Shown here one piece after another: positions 13,015 to 23,619 of a stretch of DNA of 64,000 nucleotides (within the stretch, counting starts at the first letter, position 1; each line of letters opens with the position of its first letter). Both the position numbers and the translations under genes were made by a program. The notes below the pieces were generated by a model. The model worked only from the letters and a program-made list of their open reading frames with translations. It was not told the DNA's origin and did no database searches. The stretch is from assembly GCA_950097015.1 (NCBI GenBank), contig CATNEN010000001.1, positions 15,872,001 to 15,936,000 on the forward strand, in the 5' to 3' direction. This stretch comes from Macrostomum hystrix (lineage: Eukaryota; Animalia; Platyhelminthes).

Positions 13015-13331
13015 CTACTGGTCAGACAAAAAAATCTTGTGCAATGCAGAAGGATAAAACACCTGAAAGCAAACAAAAACGTAAACTCATTTCGTCAGTC
13101 ATAATTTCCCTGATTGCGAATATACGTTATTGCGAGTCAACGAGAATTAGAATTCTCACTAAATACAAAAATAGTCAGGCTGAGCTTGAATACATTCTGA
13201 GACATTCGGTCAGTACACCAAGAGCCCCATTGGGGCAAAAATAACCCAAGTAACTTCCGTTTGATACAACTCAGCTAAATGCTACTGGGGTACATGTGAA
13301 TACTATCCCCTCAGCAATAAAAAACGAATGT

Positions 13332-13948
13332 CCCCCCCCCCTCAGCAGCAGAGAACTAATTTCCCCCCTGCAGCAAAGAACTAATTCCCCCCTAATTCCC
13401 CCCAGCAGCAGAGAACTAATTTCCCCCCTGCAGCAGAGAACTAATTCCCCCCTAATTCCCCCCAGCAGCAGAGAACTAATTCCCCCCAGCAGTAGAGAAC
13501 TAATTCCCCACAGCAGCAGAGAACTAATTTCCCCCAGCAGCAGAGAAATAATTCCCCCTAATTCCCCCCAGCAGCAGAGAACTAATTCTCCCCAGCAGCA
13601 GAGAGCTAATTCCCCCTTAATTCCCCTCAGCAGCAGAGAACTAATTCCCCCCAGCAGTAATTCCCCCCTAATTCCCCCCCAGCAGCAGAGAACTAATTCT
13701 CCCCTAATTCCCCTCAGCAGCAGAGAACTAATTCCCCCCTAATTCCCCTCAGCAGCAGAGAACTAATTCCCCCCTAATTCCCCTCAGCAGCAGAGAACTA
13801 ATTCCCCCCCTAATTCCCCCCAGCAGCAGAGAACTAATTCCCCCCTGCAGCAGAGAACTAATCCCCCCCCAGCAGCAGAGAACTAATTCCCCCCCTGCAG
13901 CAGAGAACTAATCCCCCCCTGCAGCAGAGAACTAATCCCACCAGCAGC
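13332..13948. repeat. Tandem minisatellite, core CAGCAGCAGAGAACTAATTCCCCC (21-36 bp variants)
   Basis: Directly visible tandem units. The repetitive ORF 13296-13742 is a by-product. Confidence 0.92.
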
Positions 13949-13979
13949 AAATAACCATTTTTAACCAATAAACGAATTA

Positions 13980-15023
13980 AAAAACTTTTAGACGCATTTA
14001 GAAAAGCGGTAATTACTGGACACATTTAGAAAACTCTTGAAATCATTTAGAAAATTATTAAACACATTAAAAAACTACTGGAAACATTGTGAAAAACGAT
14101 TTACACCTTAAAAAACTATTTAACACATTTAGAAAACTGATAAACACATTTAGAAAACAGTTAAACACTTTTAGAAAAATGTTAAACACATTTAGAAAAC
14201 TAATATAAACGTTTAGAAAACTGATAAACACATTTAGAATTCTGAAAAAAAACATTTAGAATACTGGAAAACGGATTTAGAAAACTGTTAAACATATTTA
14301 GAACACTGGAAAACGCATTTAGAAAACAGGTAAACACATTTAGAAACCTGTAAACACATTAAAAACTGTTGGACACATTTAGAAAACTGTTAAACACTTT
14401 AAAAAACTGGTAAACACATTTAGAATACTCGTAAACACATTTAGAAAACTGATAAACACATTTAGAAAACTGGTAAACACATTTATAAAACTGGTAAACA
14501 CATTTAGAAAACTGGTAAACACATTTAGAAAAATGTTAAACACATTTAGAATAACTGGTAAACACATTTTGAAAACTGATAAATATATTTAGAAAACTGA
14601 TAAATACATTTAGAAAACGGTTAAGCACTTTTAGAAAACAGTTGAATACTTTTAGAAAAATGTTAAACACATTTAAAATACTGGTAAACGCATTTTGAAA
14701 ACAGGTAAACACATTTTGAAAACAGGTAAACACTTTTAGAAAACAGTTGAAGACTTTTAGAAAAATGTTAAACACATTTAGAATACTGGTAAACACATTT
14801 TGAAAACAGGTAAACACATTTAGAAAACTGGTAAACACAATTAGAAAACTGGTAAACACATTTATAATACTGGTAAACACATTTAGACTACTGGTAAAAA
14901 CATTTAGAAAACTGGTAGACACATTTAGAAAAATGTTAAACACATAAAGACTACTGGTAAACACATTTAAAATACTGGTAAACACAATTAGAAAACTGGT
15001 AAACACATTTATAATTCTGGTAA
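13980..15023. repeat. 21-bp satellite (AAACACATTTAGAAAACTGGT)n, left part
   Basis: Tandem 21-mers, more degenerate at the left edge. The array continues at 25962 after the LTR element. Confidence 0.93.
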
Positions 15024-17365
15024 TGATGTGGAGTGTGCTGCGGGAATCGAGTGGGAATGTGAGCCAGCATAATTTTTCAAATTTTTAAGTAACTAATAAT
15101 TGCGACCCACGTAGCAGCTGGTCACAAAACAAGATCATTAATCTTAGGGCCGGGTTTGAGGCGGCGGTGAATCAAGTAGCTGCCGAGTCCTCTCTCTCCG
15201 GAGTTGTCTAGACTCCCCGTAGGAATGACTGATCGCGGCCATAATGTTACTGTATGAACTAGTTTAGGTCATAATTCCCCTCCAAACCGCGATCAGATAT
15301 AGGGGCTCACTCACGCGTTATGAGTGATCGTAAAATTCTTCATGTCCTCGCTTCTTTACCGTATTCGAGCCCAGCTCGACTTTTATGGCCTCCTTCCTTT
15401 AGATACATGTAAATATCACTGTAGGCAGGTCGGCGCCTGCGCTTCCATTGTCCCGGCGGAGTAACAATCGCTGGCTGACTGCCGACGGCTGTTCGCGCAG
15501 AACATCTGTCGTTTCCCGCCGCCGGTTCATTGGGCAATTGGGGCGGCAGCCGCCGTCTCAATTCCTCGATGACAGGCTGGCGCGAATGTGGGTTGCTTTG
15601 ATGGATGTCGGGGTTGGCGTGCTGCAAGGCCTATTTAAGCAAGCGCGCGGCGCTGCTCCCTCTAGGACCCGACCTGGAACCCGAACCTCCTCTTTTCTCC
15701 CCCGGCTCCTCCCCTTCTCCCCCGCCGGACTTACTTTTGTCGGGCCGGACTCCCACCGGACCCAGGACTTACCCCCCAGACCCATTTAGGGCATAGACTC
15801 TAGAGCTCATAGCTCCACAGCTAACGCAGGCCAATTGCCTGTTCCCATCCCCTAAGCGCAAGCCACCTCTTAGGTGAGCTCTAAATTGAGCCTTCGAGCT
15901 CCAAGCGTGTTGGCCCCTTGCCGGCTCGCAGCACTTTTTCCTCCCCGGCTTTTACTATCTTACCCCATCCGCTTCCCCGAGATCGACGGGATTGCAGCAC
16001 GCGGCCGAAGCATCCAGATAAGTAATCCGCGCAGCGGTTTGCAATTATTGCTCCTAAGGGGCTTTTCTATTAGTTAGGCGGCATTTAGTGGGAGGGGAGC
16101 TAGGAACTTTTTCGCCTAATAAACCTATCTAATCTAAGCATTTTTAACTTATTGGGCTTAGCTTTATAACCACTTAACTCCTTTTGTTATGTCTCCTTTT
16201 CACCTTTATTTTAACCTTAGACAGCCCTCTACCATGAGTGGCTAATCTATTAGGGGAATGGGCTCTGGCACAGCCGAGCTGAAAGCTGCGGCGGGAAGGC
16301 AATTGTAAGCGCGCATGAGAGTAATATGGAGCTAGGGATTTGTAAGTAAATGCGGAGGGTAGCATGTGCATTTTCCTTTCCAGGGGGGTTGGGGGAATCC
16401 TTGGCCGGTTTTCCTTCTCCCTCTTGGGTGGGTTCAAGGTACGTGTCGAGCTCCCTTTCCAATGGAGTTTTCCCGCTGTCCCCCTTTCGCACCTGCGGCC
16501 ACGGGAACGAGAGTGATGTTCAATTAATCTCACGCTTGCATAATCACTCAGCCAGCGTTCAGCTTAACCTCTCCTGCCTCTGATTTCCTCAACTCACCCA
16601 GACTCGGATTGCTAGTTATCTTAATGTGTAGGCTGCAGTCTAATGTACCGAATGTGTCTAATGTCTCATGAGTAGGATTCTGGCTAGGGATTTCTCATTC
16701 AGGTTCTGAGTACCACCTTTCTAGACCACTGTAGCGCAAATTCAGGAATCCCCTGGTGAGGCGTGTCTCGATCCATTCTGGGGTCTTCACCCTAGTCTAA
16801 AACGGAAGTTACAGAAGGCTCTATTTTTTCGGCTTGTCCAAGATCTGCGTGACAAACTAGGAGCCGCGAGCTCCGGGGACCCAAGTTCCCAAATGTCTGC
16901 GGTGGCCACGTAGGCGCATTGGGTGGTGGCGCTACCCTAGATCATTTTCCGCTTTGCCGATAGCCTTTCCGCATTTCTAAGACAAGAGCCTAGGCCGAGT
17001 CGACCACTGCTACCGAGTTTAGGGGTCAGTTACGAACATGCTACTGATGACAGTAGGCTGCATAGCCCTGTCCTATCCGTCTGCGGGTAGTCCGACATCT
17101 ATTTAGACTTTTAGCCGGTTTCGAGCACTGCTTGGGGTAGGCACGGCAGTCATGCCTGTGGCCTATGGGTTGAGTGGGACTGGCCAGCCTGAGGCCGAGA
17201 GGACCACTCCCTGCATCCACTGTCTCTCCCTTCATCTCTCCCTTCATCCCTCTTTCCGCGGCAACTCGCGAACCCTTGCGGTATGACTTCCGACTCTATC
17301 GCCATCCCCACACTCCTTTCCTTCACGAGGACAGATCATCGGATTGCAAACCCGCAGCTAATTCA
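15024..17365 (+). repeat. 5' LTR (2342 bp)
   Basis: TGATGTGGAG...GCTAATTCA. The ORFs lying wholly within it recur with identical translation 8596 bp downstream. Confidence 0.95.
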
Positions 17366-17366
17366 A

Positions 17367-17386
17367 TGGTGGCATCAAGGTGGGAT
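17367..17386 (+). promoter_or_regulatory. Primer-binding site (tRNA-Leu-like)
   Basis: TGGTGGCATCAAGGTGGGAT lies 1 nt after the 5' LTR and resembles Leu-tRNA PBSs of the TGGTGGCAGCGGTGGGAT type. The tRNA assignment is tentative. Confidence 0.65.
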
Positions 17387-17749
17387 CTAGAAAGGGCGCG
17401 AAACGAACTTGAAATTTCAATTGTTAGTTTAGCGCTGCAGATTTCTGTAGTAGCTAGCCGTAAGGGCTCCTTCTAGATTTCATTATCCGTATGCCGGAAT
17501 CTTATCTCTGGAGACTGGACTTCAGTTCCGAGTAACTGTCAATTAATTTTCTTTGAACAGTTTCAATTTGATTCGGACTTTAATGTAAGGTTTTGTTAGA
17601 GTTTCTAAAAATTCTGATTAGTGACTTTCTACTATGAGTAGGCTGTGTGAGTGGACTTCATGCTAGAGTGTCTTCGGGTTATGTGGCTACTGCAGGAGTC
17701 GGGGACTGTCTGCGGGGTTTTCCTGCGTGATTGTTCTAGGCGAGGGTAA

Positions 17750-18282
17750 TCTAAACGGAGTAACCGGGCTCTAAGCCACGGACCCCTAAGCCGAAGCGAG
17801 GCTCCAGATGAGAAATACCTGGACTTCCCAGCCTTGTAAGTCGCAGAGGCGAAGCCCCTGGCCACCCCCCCCAGGAAGGGCCCTCTGAGCGAATCGGGGG
17901 TTAGCCTTTCCTTGGGCATCACGCAAGGCCCGTTTTTCATGTTCCTGATTCTGAAGGTGCCACGTAACTTTGACTAAGTCTAACTTAGGGGCGGAATAGT
18001 TAAGGGTCGGGACCCTGAGGGAGTCTAAGGACGCCCGTGCCCGCGCCCTGAAACTGCCGACCTTGGGGATAGGCTAGAAATCGGTCGGCACGTCCTTTTC
18101 TAAGAAGCTCTCTGAAGGGTAGTCTAAACGCAGTAACCGGGCTTTTGCCCTACGGACTCCTAAGCCGAAGCGAGGCTCCAGAGGAGAAATACCTGGACTT
18201 CCCAGCCTTGTAAGTCGCAGAGGCGAAGCCCCTGGCCACCCCCCCCAGGAAGGGCCCTCTGAGCGAATCGGGGATTAGCCTT
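17750..18282 (+). repeat. ~160-bp direct duplication in the LTR-element leader (17750-17909 / 18124-18282)
   Basis: Near-identical block ...TAAGCCGAAGCGAGGCTCCAGA.GAGAAATACCTGGACTTCCCAGCCTTGTAAGTCGCAGAGG... Confidence 0.85.
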
Positions 18283-18728
18283 CTTGAGTAACTTATTGAA
18301 GTCGTGTACTTTCCAAGGTAGGGCGATAGGCTGCTGCAGGCGCTGCCAGCAGTAGTACTGGCCCCGCCGTACCTGTAGTGTAACAGTCCGCTATAGGGTT
18401 GCTGAATGAGTGCTAAGTTAAAACCTAGACTCCTATGTCCCAAGTTCGAGTGCGCGCAAGCAGTTGTCGGAAGCCAAGGCTGGAAGTAGAGCTAGCCAGG
18501 GCCCCGGGCCCTTTTTCTCTCCTATCAGTTTTCATTCAATCGCTTTATCGGCCGCTGCATCGCAGTCCTTGTTCGCTAGGGCCAGGTTTTTCAATCGCTT
18601 ACTCTCCGCGGCCACTGCCGTGTGCAGCACCCCGCTTAGCCCACTTTCTTTTTCTCATCCCCAGTGTTGCTTTAGCGACAAACCCCCCCCTCTTAACTCG
18701 CAAAATCCTCATTCCCTCTGTGGCCAAC

Positions 18729-19802
18729 ATGTCTGACCAGGAGGATGAGGTGGTGGAGGCCGTTGGCAGTGCCCGCCCACCTAGAGGCCGCGCTGCAGCA
18801 GCAGCGCGAGCCGAACCCCCAGCAACGGCGGCAGCCCAGCCGGCAGACCCAGTGGAGCGCCTAGCCTCCCTGATGGAGCGCCTAGAGCCGCGACGGGCTA
18901 GGACCCACCGAGTGAAAATTGCGTTAGAACCGTTCGAGTCGGCGAAGGACTCTTTCCCCCGCTGGCTGCGCAGGTTTAATTTGAAGGTCGAGGCCGAGGG
19001 TCTTGAGACGGAGGAGGAGAAGATCCTCACCCTCCTGGCTCACTTAGGGGGCGAACCCTTGACCCAGGCCATGAGCCTACCGCGCCGAGTGACCTACCCG
19101 CGGTTTGTGCAAGACCTTACCGAGGCCCTCAGCGGCGCCTGCACACCCTATGCCCGGCTCCTTAGCGGGCGCAACCTTAAGCAGGACAGAGGCGAGTCAT
19201 ACGCCTCGTTCGCTGACCGCCTGCGATCCGTGGCCACCCAGGTCAACCCCAATGGCCGCGGTCCACCCTTTGAACAAGCCCTCCTGGCCTCCTTCCTAGA
19301 AGGTATCACGGCCCCCCCGGAGGTGTTGGCGCCCATGATGCGAATCGAATTCGCCACGGTAGAGGCGGCTGCCGCTGAGCTGCGCGCCGCCACCCAGGCA
19401 TTCGAGATGGCCGCTGAGCGCGACCCCCGTCGCCGAGTGCGCCAGGTCAGGGCCGGGCTAGCGGAAGAGCAAGAACCCCCCGGCGAGATTCAAGCCGTCC
19501 GCCGTGAGCAGCAGCACTTGGCCCAGGAACTGGCCAAAGTTTCCCAGCAGCTCGCGGAAGTCACGCGGCAGCTGCGCGAATCACAGCCGACCCAGGCCCG
19601 CCCGCCTCATCCGCACCCGTCCGGGCACCAGTGGTACCCCAGGGTAGCAATAGGGCCGCGCAGGAAGCACCGTGGAAACTATGCCGCGGGAAACGGGAGT
19701 GGGGCCGCCGACTGGAGGCAGCCCGATTATCCGGAGGCGCCTCAGGCAGCTCGGGCGATCGAGGCCCCCCCGTTGATGCCTCCCCCATCAAAGTCCGAGT
19801 GA
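18729..19802 (+). CDS. gag: Gag (retrotransposon capsid-like)
   Basis: The ORF is open from 18435 and the likely start is MSDQED at 18729. LEPFES..SFPRWLRRF, L..HLGGEPL and the MHR-like KQDRGESYASFADRL motif are present, followed by a coiled coil. Confidence 0.85.
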   Translation: MSDQEDEVVEAVGSARPPRGRAAAAARAEPPATAAAQPADPVERLASLMERLEPRRARTHRVKIALEPFESAKDSFPRWLRRFNLKVEAEGLETEEEKILTLLAHLGGEPLTQAMSLPRRVTYPRFVQDLTEALSGACTPYARLLSGRNLKQDRGESYASFADRLRSVATQVNPNGRGPPFEQALLASFLEGITAPPEVLAPMMRIEFATVEAAAAELRAATQAFEMAAERDPRRRVRQVRAGLAEEQEPPGEIQAVRREQQHLAQELAKVSQQLAEVTRQLRESQPTQARPPHPHPSGHQWYPRVAIGPRRKHRGNYAAGNGSGAADWRQPDYPEAPQAARAIEAPPLMPPPSKSE

Positions 19803-20233
19803 ATTCACTCGGCCGAGTCCCCACCCGAGTGCGCACCCGCCCCAACCGCTCTGAGAAGCTCAGTGAGGTGTGGGTCGCCTTGGAGTTGGACGGGGCACCC
19901 CTTGACCTTCTGATCGACACTGGGTCAATGGTGAATGTGCTTCCGGGCTCGTTGTCATCCATCATCTCCCATTATCATTTCGACCCCCCTCAATTCTCTT
20001 TATTCGCATATAATGGCACCCCTATAATTGCACAGGCGCAAGTCAAAGTCAAATTGCAGGTTGGCGCCGAAGCGTTGGACACGCTATTCTTAGTGGTCGA
20101 GGGCGACTGCTCTCCCCTTCTAGGCGCCTCCTGGTTGGCTCATCACCATGCCATCCTTGATTTTGATTCGCGCCAACTAATCATTTACAACCAGTCTATT
20201 CCCTTCTCGCTCAGGCGGAAGCCTGCCTTTTAG
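19688..20233 (+). CDS. Retropepsin-like aspartic protease, expressed by -1 frameshift from gag
   Basis: LLIDTGSMVNVL and SPLLGASWL motifs in the -1 frame. Slippery G_GGA_AAC at 19688-19694 is in the gag frame. Stop at 20233 with no pol domains after it. Confidence 0.85.
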   Translation, partial: GKREWGRRLEAARLSGGASGSSGDRGPPVDASPIKVRVNSLGRVPTRVRTRPNRSEKLSEVWVALELDGAPLDLLIDTGSMVNVLPGSLSSIISHYHFDPPQFSLFAYNGTPIIAQAQVKVKLQVGAEALDTLFLVVEGDCSPLLGASWLAHHHAILDFDSRQLIIYNQSIPFSLRRKPAF

Positions 20234-20363
20234 GGCTGAGGAACCCCCCTCCCCTTTTCTCCCCTTCTCTCCCCCCCTTGTGGATATTTAGACTGGAGGT
20301 TAGTGGAGAAGCCGGGAAGTTTAGGAGGGACGCAGTCAGTTCATTTTAACAAGGATTGTCGAC

Positions 20364-20939
20364 ATGGCTGGCCTGAGCATCACTGTGGCCTGGTGGCTGG
20401 AGACGGTCGCCACCGACTATCGGCGAGAGTTGGCCGGCAGGAGTACCTGGATTATGGTCCGCCTGTGGCTACTCCCTGCGTTGGGCCGTGCGGCACAGGC
20501 CGGAATCGATCTCGCCCTGGCATGCAGGCTAGCCGAAGCCCGGTGGTTGGCGCAGGCATGGGTCGAGGAACGGGACCCGAGCCCGCCAAGAGGTGAGGGC
20601 GAGGAGACCCTGCCTTGGAATCTCCGGTGGCCGCACTACTGTCCGCCAGAAGACTGGGGCATGGCAGTGCCCGAAGCCCTCATGTCCTGGCTACAGGCTA
20701 CCCGGATACCTGGCAGGTGGGACCTCGAGCACCAGCTGGTGGGAGAGCTAGTTGGCGAAGCCGTCTGGAGGCAATCTTCCGGGCTAGCCTCCACGCCATG
20801 GAGAAGCTGGGCAGTGGAAGCGTCAACCATCGAGGAGGCGCCACCAGGCGACAGCACGCTCGGACGCATGGTGAGACGGATGGAAGGTGAAGGTGATAGC
20901 GGGGACGTAGTGGAGAGTACGCCCATTAAGGAAGAGTAG
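20364..20939 (+). CDS. Orphan ORF3 of the LTR element (191 aa, Trp-rich, acidic C-terminus)
   Basis: ATG-initiated GC-rich ORF with 14 Trp, preceded by a polypyrimidine tract and AG acceptors (20291, 20353). No recognised domain. Confidence 0.5.
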   Translation: MAGLSITVAWWLETVATDYRRELAGRSTWIMVRLWLLPALGRAAQAGIDLALACRLAEARWLAQAWVEERDPSPPRGEGEETLPWNLRWPHYCPPEDWGMAVPEALMSWLQATRIPGRWDLEHQLVGELVGEAVWRQSSGLASTPWRSWAVEASTIEEAPPGDSTLGRMVRRMEGEGDSGDVVESTPIKEE

Positions 20940-22002
20940 GAGGATAGGATCTTTAGAATCCGAATGGAGCGGGATAATGCACGAGGATATCTATGGTAAG
21001 CCCTACCCGCCAAATCTTTCCCTTGTTCTCCCCATCCTTTTTCCCTTTATTAATAGCTCGCACCGCGCACCTCTTGTTTTTCTTCCTACTGTGCATGCTT
21101 TTCCCTTCTCTCATTTAAAAGCCGTCTTGGCACGAAAAATTTATTCTAAAAACTCTTATAATTTTTAGTCAAAAACCCAAAAACATACATATTGGGGCGA
21201 AACTCCCCTGGTAAACTTTTCGCTTGAGATAATTTCTAACTGCAGCAGTCTAGGGCGCGCACCCTTCTTTTCTCAAACATTTAAAATTACTCGCACCACA
21301 TTGTGAATGGCACCCTCTATATCGCTTTGTTTCGGGTGGGCCGTGGAGTTGGTTCATCTGGGGACGGATTTCTATATTAGGAGGGATACCAACCCGCCAA
21401 AGTGAGCGGGGTGGTATGATGGGCACTCTAAGTTTGGAATGGGGTGGGTGTTTGGACAGGGAACTGGCAGGCATTTAGCTCAGGCTGAGGGAGGCTTTCT
21501 TATCGGTTTGGAAGGCAGAGTATTTCAATGGTGGCTCCTTTTCTAAGGGAGGTGAGAAGTGAATGAGGGCACAGCGAAAAGGACAGGGTTGTTTACGTAG
21601 ATGAATCCACTGGACTGCGGGCACCTAAGCAAGCCTTTCTGTTGTGATTTTTCAATTTAGTTCCATGTTCACCTTACTATTATTGAGGAAGCACATTTTA
21701 GTGGTAGATTTGGAATAACGCGTTGTCTTTTAGAATTTTCTAGCGTCGTTCTTTTAAAAGGAAGAAGGCCTAGCGAGAGGAGTCATGTAAACGGCACATA
21801 GCATATTCGGGATAAAAGCAATTTATTAATAGTAAAAGTAATTAGCGATCTATTTACAATTTAGGTACAGGCAGGCCAGACATGCATCAAGAAAGTAAGC
21901 AAATGCAGGGTAGGGGAAATAAAAAAAAATTGGGATTATATACAGGGGCTCTGGGGTCAATGTCTTTGTAAAAAAACCCCAGAGCCCGTCCCTTTCGGCC
22001 TC

Positions 22003-22734
22003 TCAACGGCGCTGGCGGAGGCAGGCGGCCATCAGAGCCCCTGCGACGGCCCAGAGGCCGGCCGCAGTGATTGGGCCGATTGGTCCCGATAGAATCTGTT
22101 CGCCAAGATCGCGCGCGGCCTGCACTAGGTGGCCGGGCGCCACGTCAATATCTGTGGAAGATGAATTGGGTTGTTTTATGAGGAAGTGGGTAGTTAAGCA
22201 GCTGCGGCTGGGGGTGAATGCAGGGGGCTCAGTGATTTCGTTCGAATAATATTTCACTGATGGCTAATTCAGGATGAGAGGCAAAGTTGGATTACGGCAA
22301 CTTACTAATAGCAATTTCCACGCGTATTGGCGGCGGCGGCACGGGAACTCTGAAATTTTGAGGGCAGGAATGGCGGCAATCAATCACGACGGCAGCAAAT
22401 TCACGTAATCTCTGTGTCAAACACACAATTAAGACTCAAGCCGATTTATTTCTAACCTAGGATTCCACTGGGATTTCCCAATTTAGCGGGCTGAGGGATC
22501 CGGGCTTGGTTTAAGATCTATCATAGATAAGAATCGGGTTGGGGTGCTGGGAACTGCTATAATTATCCTAGCTAATCTAATTACTATCTAACCATTTCAT
22601 TATCGCCCCTCAATAACCGGCCTTGGGCGGCCGAGTGGAAGCAATATAACTCACCTCTCTCCTCCAGGTGGTGGCGGCAGGGCCATATCGGCAGCTTCGT
22701 AAGCTGGCACTATGCTGGCGCTAGTCGGGCGCAT
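22003..22734 (-). CDS. Spliced antisense gene inside the LTR element, 125 aa, Pro-rich with C-terminal hydrophobic helix
   Basis: Exons 22734-22655, 22349-22306 and 22256-22003, with GTGAGT and GTAAGT donors, CAG acceptors and consistent phases 2 and 1. TATAAAAG at 22829-22822 and AATAAA at 21827-21822. Confidence 0.68.
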
Positions 22735-23600
22735 ATTGTTGTTGGTAACGGTTCGAGAAGTATTCGCGAAAATTGTTAGTGAGATAACGGGCTTGAAGTC
22801 AATGGAGCATCAAGTGGTCATCTTTTATAATAGTTTGATTAGGGGTTTTGGTGGCCGAGGCGCCAGCCAATAGGAAGGCTCGGGAAGGATCGTGGGAAAT
22901 TCCATGAGTAAGGGGGCCATAGTTGTAGTTTAGTTATTGGGGCCTTGATTTTTTCGGTGAGGAGATATCGCGGCCGGCAGCAGCGTAACTGAGCGGCCTG
23001 AGCAGCGGTTTTCTCCGGCTGCGACCAGCTGCAGCACCGATGGAACCGCGCGCAACGGCTCGGCAACCAGCCCGGCGAACACTCTCGGGCACGGCCAGCT
23101 GTGAACACCTGGCGCGCGGCAAATCAGAGGCTACCAAGGCCCGGCAACAGGATCGGCCAGGGCGCAAACGGGCTGAACAGCCTGGACCCACCTGGGCAGA
23201 GCACGGCCGGACCCCTCGGACTCAAGGCAAGACGGCCGGGGCCTCCCAGGATTGCGCAACCGAGACCAAGCCGGGCAGGGAGGACTGGGACGAGCTGCAA
23301 CCACCTGGAGAAGAAGGCGAGCCGGGACGAGGCACCCCCTGGGCAACGAGAGCAACGTCGCCGCGACCGGAATGCGCACCCACCTCCCCTCAGGACTCTA
23401 TCCCTTAGTCGCTAGGGGCGCCGACCGTTTTGACTCTCGCACCAATCTATTTATAGCCGTACGTACGTACGCATTAGGGTTTCTTCTCTAGCGGAATTCT
23501 TCCTAGGGTTCTCTACGGTATGTTGTAGGTAAATTTTTATCCCCTCGATTCTCGAGACACCCCGCTACTACTGTCAGTAGGCACGTAAGTGTCTTACGTG

Positions 23601-23619
23601 AAAGTGAGCGAAGGTGGAG
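23601..23619 (+). promoter_or_regulatory. Polypurine tract
   Basis: AAAGTGAGCGAAGGTGGAG abuts the 3' LTR and is preceded by the hairpin CACGTAAG-TGT-CTTACGTG (23582-23600). Confidence 0.65.

Noticed and set aside
4654-13289. CCCAGTGGGA (4654) and GCTACTGGG (13289) as the TIR pair of transposase 1
   Set aside because: Only 6 contiguous matches and flanks AT vs GT. EnSpm-like, but not supportable as a pair.
17041-17056. CTGATGA as a hammerhead ribozyme core
   Set aside because: It sits in the simple hairpin CTACTG-ATGA-CAGTAG with no stem II or GAAA. The other CTGATGA sites checked also lack the core.
15340-17476. Numerous short ORFs within the LTR (repeated at +8596)
   Set aside because: Overlapping frames in GC-rich LTR sequence with no recognisable domains.
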